64,000 bases of DNA from Hydrotalea sp. Its GTDB lineage: Bacteria > Pseudomonadota > Alphaproteobacteria > JASGCL01. Of the stretch, positions 38,164 through 47,724 are shown piece after piece; position 1 is the stretch's first letter; each line of letters starts with the position of its first letter. The notes beneath the pieces are model-generated. The model had not been told where the DNA came from and did not search any database. It was given only the letters and a program-made list of their open reading frames with translations. The stretch is taken from NCBI GenBank assembly GCA_030054115.1, contig JASGCL010000001.1, positions 48,788 through 112,787 on the forward strand, written 5' to 3'. The translations under genes were made by a program, and so were the position numbers.

Positions 38164-39912
38164 ATGACTCAAGCTACATCCACTGACAGAATTAGAAAAA
38201 ATCTTTTTATCCCTACTAATATTTCTATTGGAGATATGTTGGGTAATGGCAAAAAATATATTGTGCCAAAATACCAACGGAATTACTCATGGGAGCAAGA
38301 ACAATGGCAAGAGTTATGGGATGATATAAAAAAATGCTATGAAGATGAAAATTATTATCACTTCTTAGGAAATATTGTTTTATCAGAACAAATCGGTAGA
38401 AAAGAGTTTGAAATTATTGATGGCCAACAACGACTGGCTAGCATAAGCATCGTTGCCATTGTCTTAATAGATTTCTTACAGCAACTTGTTAATGAGAGCA
38501 TCAGCAAGGACGAGAATCAAAAACGCGTTTCTTATTATAAAGAAAGATTAATTTCAAGCACCGATGGCACGACCCTTTACTCCTATCCAAAGTTACAACT
38601 TAATAAAAACAACAATGACTACTATAAAGATTACTTAAGCCAAATAAATATTGTTAGACCTTCCGATAATAATTCTAAGCCGCTTTATGACTCCATAATT
38701 TTTTTTAAAAAGCGGCTAAATGAAGACTATCCTAATGTCATTAAGGATGGCGAACAGATATCAAAAATACTAGAGTCAATAATCGACAAGTTATTTTTAA
38801 TACAAATCACCGTTGCTAATGAGAATGACGCCTACATTCTTTTTGAATGTTTAAATGCACGTGGCTTAGACCTTTCCCCCGCTGATTTAATTAAAAATTA
38901 TATTTTCTCTCAAATAAGAACCCCTCACGATGCTGACATCATTTCATCAAAATGGCAAGAGCTTGAAGGTATTACTAAAGCGAATAAACTTGCTTCTTTT
39001 ATAAGGTATTTTCATAATTGTACTGAAGCCGGGGTTATTAAAGAAAAGCAATTATTTTTAGAATTACAAAACATTATTAAAGAAACTTATCACGGCAATA
39101 TAGATAAATTTATTAACCAGCTTATAGAATATGCAAAGATTTATAGAGCCTTAAAAAATTATACTGATGATGAATGGCATAAGGAGGGGGGGCAAGATAT
39201 TAAAAACGCAGTTAGGGTATTAACTGATTTAGGGGTGCAACAACCTCTAATTGTTCTGATGCCTGCATATCAAAAATTCAAAACAAGGGATTTTATTCAA
39301 ACCATAAAATATCTTTCAATTGTAGCAATAAGATACAATATTGTCTGCCATAAAAATCCTAACGCGCAAGAAAGCCTGTATAATAAAATTGCCATAGACA
39401 TCCATGCTGGCAAAATAAAAGGATCTTCGGATATAAAGGACAGAGTCATAAAAGGGGGAATATATCCAAATGATAATGAATTTAAGGCAAGCTTTCAGAC
39501 CTTGTCTATAACGAAAACTAAGGTCATTATATATTTTTTAAAAGAATTAGAAAATTATATTTCTGGCAACAATCGGGGCACGGCTGATACTGCAGGCACT
39601 ATAGAGCATATATTGCCTGAAAGCTGGAACGAAAATTGGGCTGATTTCTTTGATACAAAGCAACATGAGGAGTATTATAAAAAGTTTGGTAACTATTGTC
39701 TCTTAGAGGCAGAGATTAATAGTTCAAACGAAATGGCTGATATAAAAACATTTTCAGAAAAAAAAGCAGGCTATAAGAAATCAAATTATGCTCTAGCGAA
39801 GCAGTTATTAAAATATGACGAATGGAATGAAGATTCTATTAATACTCGTCAAGAAAATTTAGCCGAGCAAGCAATAAAAATTTGGTCGTTTGATAATATT
39901 GATAATCTATAA
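38164..39912 (+). CDS. DUF262 + DUF1524 fusion protein (GmrSD / BrxU-like modification-dependent nuclease; putative type IV restriction/defence)
   Basis: 582 aa, AT-rich. The N-terminus has the DUF262 (ParB/Srx-like NTPase) signature IDGQQRL. The C-terminus has a DUF1524 His-Me finger-like block IEHILPESW ... GNYCLLEAEINSS. Confidence 0.75.
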   Translation: MTQATSTDRIRKNLFIPTNISIGDMLGNGKKYIVPKYQRNYSWEQEQWQELWDDIKKCYEDENYYHFLGNIVLSEQIGRKEFEIIDGQQRLASISIVAIVLIDFLQQLVNESISKDENQKRVSYYKERLISSTDGTTLYSYPKLQLNKNNNDYYKDYLSQINIVRPSDNNSKPLYDSIIFFKKRLNEDYPNVIKDGEQISKILESIIDKLFLIQITVANENDAYILFECLNARGLDLSPADLIKNYIFSQIRTPHDADIISSKWQELEGITKANKLASFIRYFHNCTEAGVIKEKQLFLELQNIIKETYHGNIDKFINQLIEYAKIYRALKNYTDDEWHKEGGQDIKNAVRVLTDLGVQQPLIVLMPAYQKFKTRDFIQTIKYLSIVAIRYNIVCHKNPNAQESLYNKIAIDIHAGKIKGSSDIKDRVIKGGIYPNDNEFKASFQTLSITKTKVIIYFLKELENYISGNNRGTADTAGTIEHILPESWNENWADFFDTKQHEEYYKKFGNYCLLEAEINSSNEMADIKTFSEKKAGYKKSNYALAKQLLKYDEWNEDSINTRQENLAEQAIKIWSFDNIDNL

Positions 39913-39919
39913 TCAACCG

Positions 39920-40732
39920 CTAGGCCGTTGCCAGCATTTTTTTGATTTCGCCAATCGCCTTCGCCGGGTTTAACCCCTTGGGGCAGGCCGAGGTGCAATT
40001 CATAATCGTGTGGCAACGATAAACCTTAAAAGCACCCTGCAATTGATCCAATCGTTCTTGTTTTGCGTCGTCGCGGCTGTCGGCCAAAAACCGATAGGCC
40101 TGCAACAAAATCGCCGGGCCCAAATATTCATCTTGCTTTTCGTCTTGGTTTTTAAGGTCGCTCTTATCGCCGTTCCACCAATAGCTGGGGCAAGATGTGG
40201 CGCAGGCAAAACACAAAATACATTCGATAGAACCATCCAACTTTTCGCGTTGCGCCGGTGTTTGCAACGATTCGCGTTGGCCGGTGTGGTAACCATCGTT
40301 TTTATCGTTACCGGTTTTTTGCGCCTCGCTATCGTTTCTTTTTAACCATGGTTCGATAGATGCCAATTGGCGATAGGGCGTCGACAGGTCGGGCACCAAA
40401 TCCTTCAACACCGGCAAATGGGGCAAGGGCGCGATGGTGATGGTATCACCCATGTCCTTATCGGCCAGCGACTTGGTGCAGGCCAAACCATTTTTACCAT
40501 TCATGTTCATGGCGCAGGAGCCGCAAATCCCCTCTCTGCATGACCGGCGAAAGCTCAGGCTGGAATCGATGGTGTTTTTAATCGCCAGCAAACTATCCAG
40601 CACCATGCTACCGGCGGTTTCTGCGTCTAACATAAATTCTTGCCAATAGGGTTTGCTGTCGGTCGCCGGGTCGTAGCGATAGACGCGAATTTTTTTGCTG
40701 GCTGGGGTTAAGGTCATGTTATTTATTTTCAA
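39920..40732 (-). CDS. sdhB: Succinate dehydrogenase iron-sulfur subunit
   Basis: 270 aa with 2Fe-2S, 4Fe-4S and 3Fe-4S cysteine clusters ([36 protein letters not shown]). Confidence 0.95.
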   Translation of the reverse strand: MKINNMTLTPASKKIRVYRYDPATDSKPYWQEFMLDAETAGSMVLDSLLAIKNTIDSSLSFRRSCREGICGSCAMNMNGKNGLACTKSLADKDMGDTITIAPLPHLPVLKDLVPDLSTPYRQLASIEPWLKRNDSEAQKTGNDKNDGYHTGQRESLQTPAQREKLDGSIECILCFACATSCPSYWWNGDKSDLKNQDEKQDEYLGPAILLQAYRFLADSRDDAKQERLDQLQGAFKVYRCHTIMNCTSACPKGLNPAKAIGEIKKMLATA

Positions 40733-40785
40733 TTATAAGCCTTTTATAAGTTGCTTGCAACGCGCTTGTAACGCAATTGGCATTT

Positions 40786-42624
40786 TTAATATACTCGCGC
40801 TTTCGGCGGGATTGATTTGACTTCCTTGGTGGCGAAGGAAACCGGCCGATAGGCGTAATCAATCTCGCCCGCCATAAAATCGCTGGGGTTATTGCCGGCG
40901 GCGGTTTCAAACGCAATGTGGCTATGCACCAGCCATTGGTCGTCGTCGCGGTTTTTAAAATCCTCGCGCGCGTGGGCACCGCGCGATTCCTCGCGCCGTA
41001 ACGCGCCGGCCATGCTGACAATTGCCATGCCCAGCAGGTTGTAAAATTCGTAGGTCTCGGCCAAATCGCTGTTCCACAGCATGCCGGTATCCTTCAGCGT
41101 CAGCCCGACGCTGTCGCTCGCCAGGGTTTGTAATTTTTGCAGGCCGATTTGTAAATTTTGTTTGTCGCGAAACACGCCGCAATATTGTTGCATGGTATGT
41201 TGCATTTCCAACCGCGCGGTTGCGGTGGTCATGCCACTGCCACTGCCAAAGCGGACGCGGTCAAACCGGTCGATAATTTTTTCACCATTGTCGTCATTGT
41301 TATTAACCATTGCGCCCTGGCGCACCGATTTTTTAATTGTCTCGCGGCAGGTGGTGGCCACCGCACGGCCAAACACCACCAAATCCAGCAGGCTGTTCGA
41401 CCCCAAACGATTCGCGCCATGCACCGAAACACATGCCCCCTCCCCCGCCGCCAACAAACCGGCGACGACCGATGTTTTTCCTTTTTTATCGGTATAAATA
41501 ACCTCGCCCCGCACATTGGTCGGGATGCCGCCCATGTTGTAATGGCAGGTCGGAATAACCGGTATCGGGTCGCGTGTTACATCCAGGCCGGTAAAGGTTT
41601 TCACCGTATCGGCAATCCCCGGCAATTTTTCATGTATCGTTTTGGGCGACAGGTGCATCAAGCATAAATAAGCATGGTCTTTTTTCGGCCCGACACCGCG
41701 ACCGGCACGAACCTCCATCGCGATGGCGCGGCTGACAACATCGCGCGATGCCAAATCCTTAACATGCGGCGCGTATTTCGCCATGAATTTTTCGCCCTCG
41801 CTGTTGATAAGGTAACCGCCCTCGCCGCGCGCCCCCTCGGTTATCAAACAGCCAACACCATAAAGGCCGGTCGGGTGAAATTGCACGAACTCCATATCCT
41901 CCAACTGCAGGCCGGCGCGGAGCACCATGCCGCCGCCATCACCAGTGCAGGTGTGGGCCGAGGTCGAACTGAAATATGCCCGCCCATAACCGCCGGTCGC
42001 CAGCACGGTTTTTTGCCCGTAAAAGCGATGCAACGTGCCGTCGGCCAAATTCCACGCCAAGACGCCCAAGATTTCAATGTCCTTACCCGTGCCGCTGGTC
42101 AATAAATCAATCGCGACATATTCAACAAAAAATTCGGCCTTGGCCTTGAGCGACTGTTGGTAAAGGGTGTGAAGCATGGCATGACCGGTGCGGTCGGCCG
42201 CGGCGCAGGTGCGCAGGGCCGGCGGCCCATCGCCAAATTGTGTGGTCATGCCGCCAAACGGCCGTTGATAAATTTTACCATCGGCGTTGCGGCTAAACGG
42301 CAAACCATAACGTTCTAATTCGATAACCGCGGGAATAGCCTCGTGCGTCATATATTCAATCGCATCTTGGTCGCCCAGCCAATCGCTTCCCTTCACCGTG
42401 TCATAAAAATGCCATTGCCAATCATCGGCGGCTTCGTTGCCTAAGGCCGCCGAAATGCCGCCCTGCGCCGCGACGGTGTGACTGCGGGTTGGGAAAACCT
42501 TGCTGATGACGGCGGTTTTTAAATCGGCCTCGGCCAGGCCCAATGTCGCGCGCAACCCCGCGCCACCCGAACCCACCACCACCACGTCATAATAATGGTC
42601 GATAATGTTGTATGATTTTGTCAT
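40786..42624 (-). CDS. sdhA: Succinate dehydrogenase flavoprotein subunit
   Basis: 612 aa. FAD-binding N-terminus [14 protein letters not shown] and the covalent-FAD His region [10 protein letters not shown]. Confidence 0.95.
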   Translation of the reverse strand: MTKSYNIIDHYYDVVVVGSGGAGLRATLGLAEADLKTAVISKVFPTRSHTVAAQGGISAALGNEAADDWQWHFYDTVKGSDWLGDQDAIEYMTHEAIPAVIELERYGLPFSRNADGKIYQRPFGGMTTQFGDGPPALRTCAAADRTGHAMLHTLYQQSLKAKAEFFVEYVAIDLLTSGTGKDIEILGVLAWNLADGTLHRFYGQKTVLATGGYGRAYFSSTSAHTCTGDGGGMVLRAGLQLEDMEFVQFHPTGLYGVGCLITEGARGEGGYLINSEGEKFMAKYAPHVKDLASRDVVSRAIAMEVRAGRGVGPKKDHAYLCLMHLSPKTIHEKLPGIADTVKTFTGLDVTRDPIPVIPTCHYNMGGIPTNVRGEVIYTDKKGKTSVVAGLLAAGEGACVSVHGANRLGSNSLLDLVVFGRAVATTCRETIKKSVRQGAMVNNNDDNGEKIIDRFDRVRFGSGSGMTTATARLEMQHTMQQYCGVFRDKQNLQIGLQKLQTLASDSVGLTLKDTGMLWNSDLAETYEFYNLLGMAIVSMAGALRREESRGAHAREDFKNRDDDQWLVHSHIAFETAAGNNPSDFMAGEIDYAYRPVSFATKEVKSIPPKARVY

Positions 42625-42977
42625 CAGATTTCCCCCCTAAATATATAATAGGCCACCACCAGGGTGAGTATTTTAAAAACCCACGCCGCCGCATTGTTAA
42701 AAAACAACGCGACATGTTGCGGGGTGGTCTCATGCACGTAATCCTCGATAATGACCTCGAACCCCAATTTGCCATGGTCGAACAACACCAAAAACCCCAA
42801 GGCCATAACAACAACCAATCCATTGCCCGCCAAATCGGCAAGTTGTGGCAAGGCAAAATTATTATCGGCCAGCACCGACGCCAGGTAAACAGCAATCACC
42901 AACATCAACACCGCCGACACACGTTGGCCAAGCCAATGGCGCGTGGTTTTTTTACGCTTGCTGAAAAAATTGGCCAT
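42624..42977 (-). CDS. sdhD: Succinate dehydrogenase hydrophobic membrane anchor subunit
   Basis: 117 aa with 3 TM helices. Its stop overlaps the sdhA start (ATGA). Confidence 0.8.
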   Translation of the reverse strand: MANFFSKRKKTTRHWLGQRVSAVLMLVIAVYLASVLADNNFALPQLADLAGNGLVVVMALGFLVLFDHGKLGFEVIIEDYVHETTPQHVALFFNNAAAWVFKILTLVVAYYIFRGEI

Positions 42978-42998
42978 GATGTTATATTTTTTATTTTA

Positions 42999-43463
42999 TT
43001 ATGAATGTAGACGCCACATTGTCATAGCAATAATCACGGTCGCCAGCAACGACAGACCGATGACCAGCCACGCGCTGGCACGGGCAACCTTGATATTATA
43101 ACCGAAACCCATGTCCCAAAAAAAATGGCGTATGCCATTTAGGCCGTGAAAAAACAGGGCAAAAAACACTGGTGCCAAAATAATATAAGAAAAATCTTTG
43201 GCAATGGTCGCAATAAAACCAACCAGCGGCGCAACGAAACTATCGGGCGCGGTAAAAAAATGCAATAGCACGCGGTCGCTGAGCAGTAACAAGGCCACCA
43301 CCGCCACCAACCATAAAAACACGCCGCTGAAGCGATGCAATATCGACAGCACCATGGTTATCTCCCACCGGTAGATCCCAAGACCGGGCGACAAAATTTT
43401 TCGCCGTTGGTGCTGGGGGATGCTTGGGGATTTCTCCCCATTGGTGGAGGAGCTATTTTCCAT
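42999..43463 (-). CDS. sdhC: Succinate dehydrogenase cytochrome b556 subunit
   Basis: 154 aa. GIYRWEITMVLSILHRFSG matches the SdhC signature (RP.SPHLQIY ... SI.HRITG). Confidence 0.8.
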   Translation of the reverse strand: MENSSSTNGEKSPSIPQHQRRKILSPGLGIYRWEITMVLSILHRFSGVFLWLVAVVALLLLSDRVLLHFFTAPDSFVAPLVGFIATIAKDFSYIILAPVFFALFFHGLNGIRHFFWDMGFGYNIKVARASAWLVIGLSLLATVIIAMTMWRLHS

Positions 43464-43583
43464 GATGTTTTTTTTACCCTCTTGACGCTTTGCTATTTAA
43501 TCGTCCCAGATAATGACCCTATCCCATTCCCGTGGCCATTATCTTGCGCCCTTCATAAAAAATAAAGGGCGATCTATTCTATA

Positions 43584-44975
43584 TTATTTATTGACGTCTT
43601 TCCATGTTAAATCAAGACAGGTTTTAATCACGGCAAACATGTCGTCGATTTGATTCTTGTCAATAATCAGCGGCGGCGATATCAACATGGTATCGCGCGT
43701 CGCACGCAAAATAACATTATGGGCGAAGAAATGGTCGCGACAGACCGTGCCGGTTGACCCCTCGTTCGGGAAGCGCGCCCGCGTTTTTTTATCCTTAACC
43801 AATTCGATGGCACCGATAAGCCCCAGGGAACGCACCTGACCAACAATTGGCATGTCGCTTATCTCCGCCAATTTTTTGGCAAGATATGGCCCGGTTTCGT
43901 TTTTAACCTTCTCAATCAATTTTTGGTCTTCGATGATTTCCAAATTTTTCAAGGCCGCGGCCGCACCCACCGGGTGGCCGCTGTAGGTGTAGCCATGGGC
44001 AAAATCGTCATTGGCGGTATCCAGCGTGTCGAGCACGTGTTTTTTCACCGCCACGCCCGACATCGGCACATAGCCCGATGACAAGCCCTTGGCCATGGTT
44101 ACCAAATCGGGGTCGAGGTCGTAATGTTGATGACCGAACCACGTGCCCAACCGGCCAAAGCCGCAGATAACCTCGTCCATTACCAGCAGGATGCCGTGTT
44201 TTTTACAAATCTCAGCAACCGCTGGCCAATAGGTTTTTGGCGGAATAATAACGCCGCCCGCCCCCTGCACCGGTTCGCCGATAAAGGCCGCGACCTTATC
44301 AACCCCCAGTTCGTTTATTTTATCCTCAACCGCCTTGGCGCAGAGCAAACCGAATTCGTCCTCGCTCATCTCGCCGCCCTCGCCATACCAATATGGTTGG
44401 CGCACATGGTGGATGCCGGGAATCATCCCCGGGGTTTGGTCGTGCATGTAACCCATGCCGCCCAAGCTTAAACCGGCGATGGTCGAACCATGGTAGGCAT
44501 TTTTGCGCGAAATGACGTGCATTTTTTCGGGTTTGCCCTTTAATTGCCAATAACGTCGCACCAAACGCAAAACCGTGTCGTTCGATTCAGAGCCCGAGGA
44601 GCCAAAGAAAAAATAATTTAATTGCTTGTCGCGCGGTTTGTTATGAAGCTCCGCCAATTTTTTTGACAGGGCAATCACCGGCGGGTGGCTGGTTTTAAAA
44701 AATGTATTGTAATAGGAAAGTTCCTTAACCTGGTCGCTGACGGCCTTGGCCATGTCGGTGTTGCCATAACCGATGGTGGCGCACCACAGGCCAGCCATGC
44801 CGTCCAAAATTTTATTGCCGAGTTTATCGGTCAGGTAACAACCCGAGGCCGAGGTGATGATGCGTGGTCCGCCAGCGTCGGCAAGTGCCTTATGGTCGGT
44901 GAAGGGGTGAATATGATGCGCGATGTCGTATTTTTTTAATGTCGCGTCGTCCACATTATGTAGAATATTTGTCAT
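43584..44975 (-). CDS. Class III (omega) aminotransferase, aspartate aminotransferase superfamily
   Basis: 463 aa. PLP fold-type I, class III pattern with the lysine region LLVMDEVICGFGRLG. Confidence 0.85.
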   Translation of the reverse strand: MTNILHNVDDATLKKYDIAHHIHPFTDHKALADAGGPRIITSASGCYLTDKLGNKILDGMAGLWCATIGYGNTDMAKAVSDQVKELSYYNTFFKTSHPPVIALSKKLAELHNKPRDKQLNYFFFGSSGSESNDTVLRLVRRYWQLKGKPEKMHVISRKNAYHGSTIAGLSLGGMGYMHDQTPGMIPGIHHVRQPYWYGEGGEMSEDEFGLLCAKAVEDKINELGVDKVAAFIGEPVQGAGGVIIPPKTYWPAVAEICKKHGILLVMDEVICGFGRLGTWFGHQHYDLDPDLVTMAKGLSSGYVPMSGVAVKKHVLDTLDTANDDFAHGYTYSGHPVGAAAALKNLEIIEDQKLIEKVKNETGPYLAKKLAEISDMPIVGQVRSLGLIGAIELVKDKKTRARFPNEGSTGTVCRDHFFAHNVILRATRDTMLISPPLIIDKNQIDDMFAVIKTCLDLTWKDVNK

Positions 44976-45034
44976 TGATAACCTCTCCTATTTGGTTAAG
45001 AAATATTTTATTTTTCTAATAAAAATATATCTGA

Positions 45035-46405
45035 TTAGATATTCAAAAGCAAGTGCTCTCTCTCCCACGAGCTGATAACGCGGTGAAATTTATTATATTC
45101 GTGCAATTTGACCGCGCTGAAAAGCGCGATGAAATCCTCGCCGATGATGGATTTCATTTGTTTCGAGTGGCTCATTTTATAAATAGCATCCTGCAAATTA
45201 TGCGGCAGGCTGAAGGCCAATTTGTAGGCATCGCCCTCGGTCGGGCGGCCGGGCGAAACCCGCTCGCGCAGGCCCAAGAGGCCGGCGGCAAGGCTGGCGG
45301 CGAAGGCAAGATAGGGGTTGCAATCGGCACCGATGATGCGGTTTTCGACGCGGCGATTTTTCACCTCAGACGCCGGCACGCGAAGCCCGACCGTGCGGTT
45401 ATCCAGCCCCCAGTGGGTGTTAATCGGTGCGTCGCTGTATGGTGTGATGCGCCGATAACTATTGATATTGGGCGCGAACATTGGGAAGCAATGGGAAATA
45501 TATTTACGTAGCCCGCCGATGTAATAAAACAACTTGCGGCTATTGCGGCCGTCGAGCTCGGCGAATAGATTTTGACCGGTGACCTTATCCACCACCGATT
45601 GGTGAAGATGCATCGCCGAACCAGTGTGGTTTTCATAGGGCCGCGCCATGAAGGTAACGAACATACCTTTTTCTAACCCGACCTGGCGCGCCATGCGCTT
45701 GAACATAAAAACTTGGTCGGCCAGCGACAATGGGTCGCCGTGGTTAAAATTAAATTCGACCTGCGCCGGCCCAGATTCCAAGGCGATGGTATCGACGTCG
45801 ATATCCATTTTTTCGGAGTAATTATAAAGTTGGTCGACCACATGGTCAAAATTATTCAATCGTTCGATGCCGTAACCTTGCCCCGATTGGTCTTGGCGAC
45901 CAGTTAAGGATTCGGGGGTGAGCAATGGCAAATCGGGGTCGAGGTTTTTTTGCACCAAATAAAATTCCAATTCGGGCGCGACCACCGGTTTTAACCCCAT
46001 GTCGTCATATAATTTTAACACATGTTTTAAAACCGAGCGCGGCGCGAAGGGTAATTCTTGGCCGGCCTTGTCATTATGTTTGCCGTCGCTGGGGTAGACC
46101 ACGTCGCACACCACCTGCGCCGTTGGGTTTTTATACCACGGCACCAGGCTGAGGGACGAAAAATCCGGCACCATCTGCAGGTCGCCGTCGGTATCTTGGA
46201 TGACTTCGTCATCCCAGATATATTCGCCATTGACGGTTTCTTTCAAAACCTCCATCGGCATGCGAATGCCGCGTTCGTAATCTTCCAAAAATTTTTTAGC
46301 GGGAATTATCTTCCCGCGCATGATGCCATTTAAATCTGGCATCGAGCATTCAACTTCGTCAATTTTACGTTCTTCCAGCCATGCCGCCACTTCCGCCTTT
46401 TTCAT
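45035..46405 (-). CDS. Glutamine synthetase family protein (gamma-glutamyl-amine synthetase, PuuA/GlnA3-like)
   Basis: 456 aa with a GS beta-grasp N-domain and catalytic domain (MPDLNGIMRGKIIP ..., ELEFYL, SAMHLHQS). Confidence 0.85.
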   Translation of the reverse strand: MKKAEVAAWLEERKIDEVECSMPDLNGIMRGKIIPAKKFLEDYERGIRMPMEVLKETVNGEYIWDDEVIQDTDGDLQMVPDFSSLSLVPWYKNPTAQVVCDVVYPSDGKHNDKAGQELPFAPRSVLKHVLKLYDDMGLKPVVAPELEFYLVQKNLDPDLPLLTPESLTGRQDQSGQGYGIERLNNFDHVVDQLYNYSEKMDIDVDTIALESGPAQVEFNFNHGDPLSLADQVFMFKRMARQVGLEKGMFVTFMARPYENHTGSAMHLHQSVVDKVTGQNLFAELDGRNSRKLFYYIGGLRKYISHCFPMFAPNINSYRRITPYSDAPINTHWGLDNRTVGLRVPASEVKNRRVENRIIGADCNPYLAFAASLAAGLLGLRERVSPGRPTEGDAYKLAFSLPHNLQDAIYKMSHSKQMKSIIGEDFIALFSAVKLHEYNKFHRVISSWEREHLLLNI

Positions 46406-46549
46406 GTTACACCTAATTTCTATTGGTCGCCCCCATCAATAATAACGGGTAGAAAGCAACCAACGCGACTATAGCAGAGCAAAAGGATAATGGCAAATGC
46501 CACCTATTAGTTTTAAAATCGATTCTGCAAAAAAATTATAAGAGACTAT

Positions 46550-46909
46550 TTATTTATTTTTTCTATAACGATTGGATCGAATAATTAACAATGGCACCCC
46601 TATTAATAACAATAAAAATACCACGTCTCTTTCAAACCAAGACCATGCAATCACCACGGCATAAAAAATAACCACGCTAGTGACATTTATTCCTATATCT
46701 CTTGCTCTAGCACTCCAGACCATTGCCATAGATACAATAGCTACTACATATAATATTAAGTAACTATTATAACTGATTTCTTCATTTTGATTAAGCAATG
46801 CAAGGAAGAAAAATAACACAACATAAGATACAAAATATCCTACCCTAGCCATTCTCAACGAAGTGAAAAATGAAACGATAAATTGCAAAAATGATTTTTG
46901 TTTTTTCAT
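46550..46909 (-). CDS. Small inner-membrane protein, DUF805-like
   Basis: 119 aa, AT-rich. Three to four TM segments, with SARARDIG resembling the DUF805 R.HDxGxSGW core. Weak assignment. Confidence 0.35.
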   Translation of the reverse strand: MKKQKSFLQFIVSFFTSLRMARVGYFVSYVVLFFFLALLNQNEEISYNSYLILYVVAIVSMAMVWSARARDIGINVTSVVIFYAVVIAWSWFERDVVFLLLLIGVPLLIIRSNRYRKNK

Positions 46910-46946
46910 TTATAATTTCTTAAAAAATAATATATTTTTATTCCTT

Positions 46947-47657
46947 TTAAAAACTATAGCTTGCCCCCAGTCCGAAGCTATAATAAAATATATCAGAATC
47001 ATTATCGCTGGTTGTTTTATTACTTGTCGTCGTTCCTGAGGTAAAACCAGAAACTCTATCTACGTCATAAGGAGCAGACCTTATCAACCCAGCAAAATCA
47101 TTGGCCAATGTCAACTGAAACGACGGCGTTACGGAATAATTAAGGTCAAACGTGCCACCGACTATCGGATGAGTGCTACTTTCTTTTATATAATACTCAG
47201 CAAAGTTACTCCTCCTCCCCGTTATAACCTCCGTATAAAAAGCCACTCCCGCGTACACCCCGCTCGACAGAGATAATTTATCTGTTAGTCTTATCTTGAG
47301 GGCGTTTGTGCCTATAACCAAAGGAACGTAAGACACATAACTTGTGCTGTTATATAGGCCAATATTTTCTAAACTATTTTTCCCAAGATATGTTAACGCA
47401 TCGCCACTATAGTTAAAACCCGTGCCAATATAGATATAATCTTTATAGCCGACAGAAGCTTTGAATCCCCCCATTATCACATCGCATTTTGACAAAAGGC
47501 CAGAACAACCACCCTCAGCAACAACAACGCCAACGCCAACTTGAGGAGTAATGGATAGTTTTAATCCTATTTCAGCTTTAGCATTTTTGGGTACAAACCC
47601 AACCATGCCAAACACAGCCAAAACCATAGCGAAAGTTAGTAATACTCTTTTTATCAT
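46947..47657 (-). CDS. Outer-membrane beta-barrel protein
   Basis: 236 aa with signal peptide. Alternating hydrophobic pattern and a C-terminal ...GLGASYSF with terminal Phe. AT-rich. Confidence 0.55.
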   Translation of the reverse strand: MIKRVLLTFAMVLAVFGMVGFVPKNAKAEIGLKLSITPQVGVGVVVAEGGCSGLLSKCDVIMGGFKASVGYKDYIYIGTGFNYSGDALTYLGKNSLENIGLYNSTSYVSYVPLVIGTNALKIRLTDKLSLSSGVYAGVAFYTEVITGRRSNFAEYYIKESSTHPIVGGTFDLNYSVTPSFQLTLANDFAGLIRSAPYDVDRVSGFTSGTTTSNKTTSDNDSDIFYYSFGLGASYSF

Positions 47658-47724
47658 TATCTTTAAACTAGTATACTAATAATAATTATAGTCAAGAGAG
47701 AAAATGAAGCGAGTGTTGGTCTTT

